From Octopus bimaculoides (lineage: Eukaryota): DNA of 54,687 nt. The notes under the pieces were generated by a model, which did not search any database, was not told the DNA's origin, and saw nothing but the letters and a program-made list of their open reading frames with translations. Both the position numbers and the translations under genes were made by a program. The first letter of the stretch is position 1; each line of letters starts with the position of its first letter. Shown here piece by piece: positions 1-9,990 of the stretch. The stretch covers positions 8,529,341-8,584,027 of the forward strand of contig NC_068984.1 of the NCBI RefSeq assembly GCF_001194135.2. The letters are read 5' to 3'.

Positions 1-154
1 ACACACTCAATAAAACTATATAAAGAGACCCGCCATAAAGTTTTCTCAAAACAATTTGAAAAACCTACACGACTAGGTGAAAAGCGTTTCATTTAATATG
101 TGACATTAATAAAAATCTGTAAATGTACAAACATCCAGGTTTCTAAGTACCTTA

Positions 155-195
<41 letters not shown>

Positions 196-749
196 TGCAT
201 ACATACATACATGCATATATTAGGCAGCAGGTACACTCAGGATCGGTGATCAGTGTTCATGATATTTGCTTACCTTCAGGCGAGTTTTTTCAACAGAAAG
301 AATGTGACTTACAACACAATTGTAGTTGATTTCATTATTTCATTGCCAATCCATTTTTACACATGTAAAATCTCTTATGACTCCTTATACAAATTAATAT
401 ATTTCTAAGGGTCCTCTCCGTCAATGATGTGCACTCTTACATATAAATATTTAATATGCTGAGGTGTACATACAGATGTATTTTCGTTTGAATATTACCA
501 TAATGGTTGTTTCTGCTCCTTCTCATTCTGTTTTCACTGTCCTGTTTTTGTTATCAACTTTGACCCTCCGCAAATCCCAAATTGCATTTAATTTGCCTAT
601 GCGGGAGAACGAGGGAAAAGAGAGAGAGAAGGCAGAAAACGGTAAAAGGGGGGAAAGGGAATTAGAAAAGGATGGGGGAGAAAATAGTATAGAGTAGAGT
701 CGCAGCAAAATGGTTAAGATAAACTACTTTGGAAATGGATGCGTGGCGT

Positions 750-807
<58 letters not shown>

Positions 808-925
808 AAAATAAGTCGGATTTTGATCATAAGGGATCGTGAAAAAAAAAGGTGGAATACATACATACATACATACATACATGCATATATACATACATAT
901 ACATACATACATACATACATAGTTG

Positions 926-978
<53 letters not shown>

Positions 979-1132
979 GTAGATAGATCCATCTCTCAAT
1001 CCATTTTCGCCGCTCCCCTATTCTAGAAGGACCATGGGGTTGGGCTTCAGTCCCCAACTGTAAATTATCCTATCAGGAACAACCATCATTACATTTTCAT
1101 GCTTGATTCCCAAGCGTGACCAAACGAGACGA

Positions 1133-1275
1133 CCATGGAACTAAGTATATTGGTATTGGTAAATGAATTACTTCCATTTAATCACACGTTATTTGTCTAT
1201 TTTTTATGTTTCTCAATCTATTTACACAAATATAATTGGGAACGTTGGAAAACTTGGTGCCATAGACATCTCTCT
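1133..1275 (+). repeat. Dispersed repeat, copy 1 of an inverted pair
   Basis: ccatggaactaagtatattggtattggtaaatgaattacttccattt...ggaaaacttgg aligns with the reverse complement of 3170-3308. Confidence 0.85.
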
Positions 1276-1534
1276 CGGTTTTGGTCAACTGTTACTTCTC
1301 CAGTCGGTAAGTTTGACATAAATCGTTCGTTCTGAGATTCTTTATTGCGACATTGTAACCACCTGATCTTAGTTCCACATTCTAACTACCTGTTCTCCGA
1401 GCTACACAAGCAGTTGAATAATGTTGCTCCAAAAATCGTTCGGAGGCACTCTTTTTCGCCCGCTTGCACTCTTTAGTTCGGTAACCAACATTCATTACCA
1501 CAAATGATGAGAGTTGCAGAAACCAGAATGAAGT

Positions 1535-2015
1535 TAATAACTTGAACCAGGAAGTTAATGATGCTTCCCGATCGATGAAAGAAGTCTACCACGCTTCGCT
1601 CGTGTATAAATCACCACATTTGCGCATGCAGTGCATTCAGAGGGCAAACTTTGAAACAGAGACAGTAAAAGTGTTCAAGACAAAAATGTGGAATGATTTG
1701 GGATTCAGCCCAAATCCTTCCACTTCTGACTTCGAAAGGATTTTGGCAGATCGACCCGCAACTTTCGTAACAAGAATTCATCTTTCTCGCCTGGCATTAA
1801 AACTCTGTTGGAATTCTCTCTACAGCGAAAAACATCCTTGAGACGTGGAAAGAATACTTTATTGATCTAAACCCAGTCACATTGAAATCTTGTGGACAAG
1901 AGGTGCAGCAAGGGGTGAAGATTAACCTCACAGAGGCTGAAGTCACAAGGGCGATCAAAGCACTCAAAAGTGGCAAGGTGAAAATGAAAGTTGGCCTGAG
2001 ATATTAGAAAACAAA
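1535..2015 (+). mobile_element. Degenerate RTE-clade LINE fragment (linker between endonuclease and RT)
   Basis: Translation across frameshifts gives NQEVNDASRSMKEVYHASL...KTKMWNDLG...SKGFWQI...NILETWKEYFIDLNP...LTEAEVTRAIKALKSGK/GENESWPEILE. This parallels the RTE-type string WNQEVKDAI..K.AY..L...K.FWQ...W.EYF..LLNP...IT.AEV..A.K.LK.GKA.G.DEI.PE.L. Confidence 0.75.
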
Positions 2016-2120
2016 AGATAGAAATAGCGTTGAGAATCAAATATCCAATAAATTGATAAAATATAAAGTACATAAAAGTATAAATAACCATATGTATATA
2101 TGTGTGTGTATGTGTGTGCA

Positions 2121-2159
<39 letters not shown>

Positions 2160-2615
2160 GTATATATATGCATTCACACGCGTGTGTGTGTATGAGTGAG
2201 TGTGAATGCGTGCATGTGTGTTTGTGTGTGTGTATGTATCTATACTTGTATGCATGGATTGATGAAACGTTTATGTTCGTCTACAGAGAAAGGTTGAAGA
2301 TAATATTATTGCTTTCAGATTCATTGAAGATTTATGAAAGGGTGAAGATAGTTTTACAGTGATCAGTTTCGTAGTTTGCTTTGTAATAATACATTGCCGT
2401 AGCATTCAAATTCATATTGACATCATAATTATTATTGCTTCCTGATTAATATTTATACATCTTGATATCTTATAATGAATTATATATATATGTACATATA
2501 TATATTATGAATGGAATGAACGCCAAAAAGACAGGACAAGGGACAGCAATAGGAGGGAAAATGTATTAAACAAATGTTGTATTTGATTAACACTGAAAGG
2601 GATTATTGATGTTCT

Positions 2616-2671
<56 letters not shown>

Positions 2672-2808
2672 AACACACACTAACACACACATACACACAC
2701 ATATATATATCTATCTATATATCTATATATATGTATACATATATATAAACACACGCACAAGCATACATATACACACGTATATGCATATACAAATACATAC
2801 ATACACAC

Positions 2809-2861
<53 letters not shown>

Positions 2862-3169
2862 TATATCGCTACATATATATCGATAAATGTATACAAAAAA
2901 ATTCATTTACACACATACACACATATACATACATACATTTCATATAATGTATATACGCGTCAGCATGTATGTATTTGTGTGTGTGCGTGTGTATATCTGT
3001 ATGTGTGTGTGTACGTATACATATCTGTGTGTGTCGCTCTCCGCGAATTTGAGCAGGCTACTTATGAAACGGCATCAGTTTAGATGCTTTTGATTTTTCT
3101 ACATATTTCTTATGTTTTACACGAAATTTTGAATAGCAATTTATTGTCGATGGTTGTTGCCACGACAAC

Positions 3170-3308
3170 GAGGCTCTCTGTAACCAAGTTTTCCAATGTT
3201 CCAAATTAAATTGAAGTAAATAAATTGGAAGACATAACAAATAGACAGATAATATGTAATAAAATGGAAGTAATCCATTTACCAATACCGATATATTTAG
3301 TTCCATGG
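3170..3308 (-). repeat. Dispersed repeat, copy 2 of an inverted pair
   Basis: Reverse complement reads ccatggaactaaatatatcggtattggtaaatggattacttccattt...ggaaaacttgg. Also visible as the parallel peptides MELSILVLVNELLPF and MELNISVLVNGLLPF in the ORF track. Confidence 0.85.
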
Positions 3309-3528
3309 AAATATAACGATCTCTAACACTTACATACGTACATACATACATACATACATACATACACAAATACATACATACAAACATACATACATACATA
3401 CACAAATACATAGTCATGTGTGTGTGTGTGTGTGTGTTTGGGCGTGCATGTTTGCAGTAATACACTCGCATATACACACAGAGAGAAACACACACATCTA
3501 TCTATCTATCTATCTACCTATCTATCTA

Positions 3529-3606
<78 letters not shown>

Positions 3607-4108
3607 TGTGTGTGTGTGCTTCTATCTCTGTCTCTCTGTCTCTGCCTGTCTCTTTTTCTATCTACCTATCTCTCTCTCTCTCTCTCTCTCTGTATATATA
3701 GATATATATATATATATCAGATGTATGGATTGTGTATGTAATATACGCTGCCATCGTATCTTGTGTTTTGAAATGTCTATGTGTTTTATTAAATTGTTCA
3801 GTTGGCAGGAAAATAAAAAAAAACAATATTTTGTTTTAAATATCTATGTTTGTAATGTATTTTACATTCCTCCATCGAGCCTCATTAAGTCGTTAATTAT
3901 CTCGATAAAGTCGTTGACGTAAGACTCCTCACCAATTCTATAGATTCTTGTGGCTATCGACATGCAAAAACCAAAAATTACCTTTATTTGTCAGAAACAA
4001 ATGTCGAATTCTTAATTTGGTTCATAGCATTTTAGTTTTCTTTTTATAGACGCGTGTCACTATTGATTGAGTCATCTTTGCTGTTTTATAATTTCTAAAA
4101 ATCATTTA

Positions 4109-4258
4109 AAGGCAGCGAGCTAGCAGATTCATTGCGTCGCCGTACTGAGTTCAAAATGCCGCTGAGGTCCATTGTGCCTTTTATCATTCCGAGGTCGATA
4201 AAGTCGACTAGCCCCTCTCCCAAAACTGCTGGCCTTGTGCCAATATTTGAAATCATTA
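4109..4258 (+). mobile_element. tRNA-headed SINE family 1 (aaggcggcgagctggcag head), degenerate
   Basis: aaggcagcgagctagcag head, gagttcaaaatgccgc B-box region, gctggccttgtgcc...tttgaaatcatt 3' end; same family as 26.06-27.68 kb. Confidence 0.8.
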
Positions 4259-4298
4259 TCATTTGCTTGAAAAGGGGTGATCTGACTGAATTGTTACT

Positions 4299-4485
4299 GC
4301 GCCGTGTAACATGCTTAGCGGCGTTTCGTCCTTCCTTACATTTTTACATCAATTTCTGCCGAGATCGGTTATGCCTTTTATCTTTGCAGATTCGTTAAAA
4401 GAGGTAACAGCTGAGCACTGTGGTCGATTGAACAGATTAAACCCCTTCCACGAAATTGCTGGCCTCGTGCCAAAATTTGAAACGA
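4299..4485 (+). mobile_element. SINE family 1, degenerate copy
   Basis: atgcttagcggcgtttcgtc ... aattgctggcctcgtgccaaaatttgaaac. Confidence 0.7.
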
Positions 4486-4519
4486 AAATTGCTTGTTTAA
4501 GATGGTTGACATCCAAAAG

Positions 4520-4724
4520 CGAACGCCAATATATTTGTTCTATATTCAAGAGATGAGGAATTACGTACATTATTTACATTATTTACATTTGACAGATATT
4601 TTGCCTCATCTTATTTGTTGTTAACACAACGTTTCGGCTGATATACATACCCTCCAACCTTCATAAAGTGTCTTGGAGAAATTTCGAACCCGGGTTCGCA
4701 TTCCTAAGGTATTTTTCGATGTTG
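4520..4724 (-). mobile_element. PLE pseudo-LTR-like non-autonomous repeat carrying a hammerhead relic, abutting (AAT)n
   Basis: Contains the hammerhead-like fold at 4623-4672; on the minus strand it starts directly after the (AAT)n tract. The PLE assignment is inferred from the ribozyme type. Confidence 0.55.
4623..4672 (-). ncRNA. Minimal type I hammerhead ribozyme relic (core mutated)
   Basis: Minus strand: GACAC tttatga aGGTTG gagggtatgtatat CAGCC GAAA cgtt GTGTT. Helix I GACAC/GTGTT, helix II GGTTG/CAGCC, palindromic helix III AACGTT; CUGANGA is present as UUUAUGA (2 changes). Confidence 0.6.
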
Positions 4725-4730
4725 TTATTA

Positions 4731-4809
<79 letters not shown>

Positions 4810-4819
4810 CATTATTATT
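4725..4819. repeat. (ATT)n microsatellite
   Basis: Direct reading. Confidence 0.98.
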
Positions 4820-4831
4820 CGGGAATAATAG

Positions 4832-4891
4832 TCGAACTCGGAATCTTGGGGTTAGTAGCCCGCGCTCTTAACCCCAAGATTCCGAGTTCGA
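4832..4891. repeat. Perfect 23 bp inverted repeat with 14 nt loop in a tRNA-like SINE head
   Basis: tcgaactcggaatcttggggtta (4832-4854) is the exact reverse complement of taaccccaagattccgagttcga (4869-4891); B-box GAGTTCGATTCC at about 4884-4895. Confidence 0.95.
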
Positions 4892-6894
4892 TTCCAGGCA
4901 GGGGCCTGAATAATAATATTACATCTTGTTTGAGTCATATTAATGCTCTCAGAAAACTGAAATGTAAGGACGATTCCGTCGTATTTGAACCTGGCATGTA
5001 TCGGAGGAAATTAGCTTCTGTAAGACATACAGTCTGCAGCTGTTGTTTATTGAAAATATGATGACAGAATGTTTTTCCATTTCAATGGAAGAATTTATCG
5101 TACAAGATCCAATAAATATCTGCAGATATTTAGTTCAATTCTCCAACAATTTTAATGTTTAACTCAAGAGAATTACTAGATATGGAAAGTCCTGACAGTA
5201 TTACAAGCAAAATAGCTTTAAATTCGTTTTATGACTGTGCTAACAAGCTGTCACTTTGGGCTAGTTGCTTGTAAACTGTGTAGATAAACAACGTTTGCTG
5301 TGCAACTGTTTAAAACCGAAATAAGAATCAACGATGTAAAAGAAGACAGGTAATTCTAATCATAGTATTTGTAAACATGGTGTATCAACAGAATGAAACT
5401 CATTTCGGTGTTTTCAATGATTGGTATTTGTAAGAAATCGAATGTGACTGCGAATGGTTTGAGAAAAAGCAGTAAATTAGCTTTAATGGAATAGAAAAAG
5501 AGCTGTGTATAGCGACGTAAAAGTTGGTGATGAAATAAGTGTAGGAGGAAGATGTCCGTTTGCAGAAGAGACGCAATGACGTGAATAAGAAATGAAGAAT
5601 TCCGTTGAAAAATGGCTGAGAAGAAACACATTAACGATTATCTGTACTCAGAATAACCATCTAATTAATGTGGCAAGACTTAGATGTTGGAATCAGTCCT
5701 CACGAGGCACAGAATCATATTAATTATTGATGTTCAATCGCCAATAACAAATTAGACAAATAATAACAATCATAAGAGTAACAATGATAATAATAATAAT
5801 AAAACATCAATAAAAATAACCATAACAAGAACAGCACCAATAGATTATTTTGGATGAGACAGGGAGACAGCTGCATTGTGAAAACTATTTGTGTGATTTA
5901 GGCGTAAAAGCAGGTAATATATATTTTGTTACAATTATATCCCAAAAGACTTTGCTCACGTAAAAACTGTTCCTAATCATACGAGGACGATGTTAAAAAG
6001 TACAGATAGTATTTTACAAATGCTTAATAAAATCGACGGCGTAAGCTGATTCAGTTGATTTGGTAATTAGGCGTGTACAGCCGTTGATGATTTGAAAATT
6101 GTTCAATTATCGATTATTGAATTTTCACTTCGTTTCTGCCAAATCCTTAGAAAATTCAGCATTACTATCTCCCGTTTTTCTATTCCCGACTGAAGGAAAA
6201 CATGATTGCAAATGGAATTATATTTTACATAATGCGCTCCAAAATAATTTTACTTAGTGCATATGTGCACATATATGTATCTATACATGCATGCATGTAT
6301 GTATTCATGTATGTATATATGAATCCATAATTCCGTCTCTATCTCTCACTTCTTCCAGTGTATACGTGTGATTGAATGTATGTGTGTGTGTGTGTGTGTG
6401 TGTGTACGTTTGCATATATATGTTTTTTGTGTGTGTCTGAGTATCTGTGTCTGAGCATTTTGTGTCTCTGTCAATATATGTGCGTATCACAAATACTTGG
6501 AAATCGAATCCAGATCATTGTAACCGATACGAAAGCATTTAAGCAACGCGAATGCGCTATCTTAAATACTGCCGACATCCTCAACACATTAAGCACTCAA
6601 ACTTCTGGTGAAACAGGATTATATATTTTGAACACTTCTACTAACAATAACATCAGGTGTGTATTTAATATATTCTAGCCACAAACTAAAGAAGACCTGC
6701 AGGCAAGGAGACATTTCCTTGGTAGTCAAGGACTCCTTATCTCTTTATTGCTGTGTGAATAACTCTTGTGCCGTTTGTAGTAGTAACTAACATCCCATAT
6801 TTTGTTCGTTAGATCGTAATCAATTCCATTCTTAATCGTTTGCGGGGTCCATGCATACAGAAATATATTATCGTTACATATACATATGTGTATA

Positions 6895-6895
6895 C

Positions 6896-6942
<47 letters not shown>

Positions 6943-6951
6943 AAGATAAAA

Positions 6952-6985
<34 letters not shown>

Positions 6986-7258
6986 GTGGATGGACAGATA
7001 ATTATTTAGATTTATAGATAGATGAATAGACAGACAGACAGACAGACAGGTGGACGGACGGACGGACAGTGGGATATATACATACATACATACATACATA
7101 CAGACAGACAGACAGGCAGACAGACAGGCAGACAGACAGGCAGACAGACGGACAGACAGACAGTCAGACAGACGGGCAGACAGAAAGAGGGATGGACAGA
7201 CAGACAGACAGACAGACTGATAGATAGGTAGATAGATAGATAGATAGATAGATAGATT

Positions 7259-7301
<43 letters not shown>

Positions 7302-7350
7302 GGACGGGCGGACAGACAAACAGACAGACAGACAGATAGACAGATAGATG
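6895..7350. repeat. Compound (GATA)n/(GACA)n/(CATA)n tetranucleotide array
   Basis: Direct reading; explains the ORFs listed at 6809-7470. Confidence 0.97.
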
Positions 7351-7481
7351 TTGAGTAACACGCAAACACGCACATATACTTACACACACAGGTACATGCA
7401 CATTTTTTAATTTTTTAAATTTCATTTTTTTAAACAGAAATGCAGTTGTCACGTGACTCGCATTTTGCACCCCTGCGGTCT

Positions 7482-7520
7482 TTAGCCTGAAGAAAACAAT
7501 GGCACCAAACTGGAGTCACG
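7482..7520 (+). ncRNA. Possible hammerhead relic (GAAA mutated, helices eroded)
   Basis: CTGAAGA at 7487-7493, then caaactggagTC, resembling gaaactcgagTC at 13895-13905. Helices I and II do not form in this copy. Confidence 0.3.
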
Positions 7521-7602
7521 AGATACATTCTCAGTTTCAGTAAAGCAACCACACGCTATACATCTTGTATTGAGCACTTATTCGTTCGGTTTGGGTCTCT
7601 GT

Positions 7603-7826
7603 TGGTTACGACGACGAGTGTTCCAGTGCTCGTGAAATTAACATGCAAGTACTCCACACACCCGCGTACCCTAAACGTAGTTTTCAAGGGCACAGAATAT
7701 GACAAGGCCGAATGAACTGGAAACAACGTGAAATAAATCGTCTGGCCCTAGGACACAGCGACCGCTGTTATCGAACTCGGGATCTTACGATCATAAGCGT
7801 AATACCTTACCCACTTAGCCACGCTT
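7603..7826 (-). mobile_element. SINE family 3, internally deleted copy
   Basis: Reverse complement matches blocks of 42655-42975 (gtaaccgacg.., cacgttaatttcacgagca, aactacgtt.agggtac, tttatttcacgttg, cttacgatc..aag). Confidence 0.8.
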
Positions 7827-8283
7827 ATTTGTTCGACTTAAAGTTTCTACCTGTCTAAGTCTACAAGATGAAACAAGCTAATGGACAATAACGTTTTACT
7901 CGTATCCCCAGCAGCAAAATTATAAATTGACTTATGTTACACGCGCTTACATTTCTGACTTGCTTTTTTTCTCTTTTTCTTAGAACAAATAAAACGTTAT
8001 TTGATTACCACTGTTTGTAAATATGACCCAATATCTGATCCTCAATAATAGATAGCGCTGCGTACGGCAAATTTTATTGTTTGAAGAAACCTGTAGCCAC
8101 ATATAGATCGGTTAAGGTGCAGGGCTGAATCAAGTTTTAGCTATGTATCGACGAAGAATGTCTAGTTAAGGGGAAGGAATTTTTCCATCGACATTTCTGA
8201 AACGGCTTAGATCGATCCTCGTATTGACGACTATAGTAAGTCGATTCAACGTACGTAACAATCGATAAGGATACATGCAATAA

Positions 8284-8392
8284 ATTTGCATTGCTGTGCT
8301 GGCATAACAATAACAAGAAATAGATATACGGAGTGATCGCAAACTCCCTCTAAGATTTATAAAAGCTGGCCAGCCTCAAGATGTAGGCATCT
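8284..8392 (+). promoter_or_regulatory. Candidate Pol II promoter (octamer + TATA + CA initiator)
   Basis: ATTTGCAT at 8284-8291, TATAAAAG at 8358-8365, CA at 8388-8389 (A is 31 nt from the first T of the TATA), in non-repetitive CpG-retaining sequence. Motif evidence only. Confidence 0.35.
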
Positions 8393-8688
8393 TTTTTTCC
8401 TGCTCTTTAAATTCTCTTCCACGCCTGCTACCTCATTATCACAGCCTTCAGTCAACTCTATACTGCTTTCGTTTAAACACAGTCACTGCCAAACTGTGGC
8501 TGGCCACGGCTGGAGAATTCGATGATAACAGCTCTACTAATTTGTGCGTATGTATGTATGCTCATGCGTGTGTGTGTATGTGCGTGTGTTTATCTGTGTT
8601 TGTGTATGTATGTGACTGTTATAAAAAAATAAATAACACATGAATAGATATCCAAAAGGAAATAAAAGAGATCTTATTACATATATAT

Positions 8689-8741
<53 letters not shown>

Positions 8742-8984
8742 TATATATATATATGCATATATATATATATTTATAATTAAATCATTTCTAATTTTTGTAA
8801 TCAGTGAAAGTGTTTTCACTAGAAATATATATGTTTGTGAGAGATTGACAGGCATCTTTAGCCACTTGGTCGTGCTAGTACTTATTCTATCGGTCTCTTC
8901 TGCAGAACTGCAGCATGGGTTTTAAAGCGATAGTAGCGGCGGACAAACACAGACACACACATAAATACATACATATGTATACAT

Positions 8985-9100
8985 GGCGGGTGTCTACTCC
9001 ACATGCAATGTTTCACCACCTCCTGTACTTTCACCTTAGAACCATCATGGCATTTGATGTGACTTCTTAAACCAGACAATGTTCTGAAACAAAAACAAAC
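8985..9100 (-). mobile_element. Probable 3' end of a LINE (C-terminal zinc-finger-like remnant plus short 3' UTR)
   Basis: Minus frame VCFCFRTLSGLRSHIKCH resembles the C..C...F.T.SGL.SH...H finger ending RTE-type ORFs, and runs into a (ATGT)n-like tail. The RTE assignment is recalled, not searched. Confidence 0.45.
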
Positions 9101-9103
9101 CTT

Positions 9104-9560
9104 CATATACACGTCTATATACGCACATACTCGCATGCACGCACACACACACGTCTATATACACACAGGAAAAATGCAGGGTAGAAGGTAAAATACAGAA
9201 AAAAATATGTGTAAAAAATATATGAGCAATAAAATTATAAAACAATATATCTATAAATATGTAAAAAGAATATAAAAAATATACAAAAAATATAAGTAAA
9301 AAGTATAGAGAGATAAAAAGCTTGTACGTGGACACAATATAACCAGATAGGACTTGCTTTTTGTATTCTCTCCACGTACAAGCTTTTTATCTCTCTATAC
9401 TTTTTACTTATATTTCTTGTATATTTTTTATATATTTTTTTTTACATATTTATAGATATATTGTTTTATAGTTTTATTGCTTATATATTTTTTACACATA
9501 TTTTTGTGTATTCTACCTTCTACCCTGCATTTTTCCTGTGCGTATATAGACGTGTATATG
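9104..9560. repeat. Long inverted repeat, about 185 bp arms, 38 nt loop
   Basis: 9149-9332 versus 9371-9555: about 7 substitutions and 2 small indels by manual alignment. catatacacgtctatatacgcac (9104-9126) also pairs perfectly with 9538-9560. Confidence 0.95.
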
Positions 9561-9990
9561 GAATTTTTTGGTGCGCGCGCGTGTGTGTGTGAGCATGTGT
9601 GTGTGTATGTATAAATTATTTTTGGCGAATGTGTGGGTGCACATGTGGGTATTTTAAGCGAGTGTGGACGAGCCTATGCACATAGGCACATGTACGTGGG
9701 TGTGGGGGCCTGCATGTGTATGTATGGACAGGCGCGTATACCCGATTACTATGAACATTTTTACTCACTTACCTTTACACCATCCTCTTACTGAGTGGTC
9801 ATTCTAATAGCTATTTTGTTTTAATAACGGTCAATCGCACAGTATTTTCCCTTTGTTTAGCGGTCATTTTCATAGCAGTTTTTGATGGCTCAATAACTGA
9901 AGAGGTACCGGTGTGGGTTTCCGCCCCGACGTCCGAAACTCGGAGTTTTATCATGCCTACTGAATAACTGTCACAAATTAAATTTACAGA
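9371..9990 (+). mobile_element. PLE pseudo-LTR-like element ending in a hammerhead, with an inverted partial copy at its 5' side
   Basis: T-rich block, then GT-rich block, then a hammerhead at 9893-9951, then an (AT)n tract. Inverted partial pLTRs and hammerheads are established PLE hallmarks. Confidence 0.6.
9893..9951 (+). ncRNA. Minimal type I hammerhead ribozyme, catalytic core intact
   Basis: ATAA CTGAAGA [GG...CC-closed 31 nt helix II] GAAA CTC g GAG T T TTAT. Helix I ATAA/TTAT, helix III ACTC/GAGT, predicted cleavage after U9947 (GUU triplet). Confidence 0.75.

Noticed and set aside
5389-5440. cAG|aATG AAA CTC ATT TCG GTG TTT TCA ATG ATT G|GT, a signal-peptide-like MKLISVFSMIG
   Set aside because: The upstream intron would be only 42 nt, and no nearby acceptor continues the frame without an early stop.
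8440-8462. TATCACAGCC, matching the 5' end of miR-2 family miRNAs
   Set aside because: The remainder does not match and no pre-miRNA hairpin forms around it.
8850-8925. Hydrophobic HLVVLVLILSVSSAELQHGF as a signal-peptide exon
   Set aside because: gtacttattctatcggtctctt is SINE family 2 sequence.
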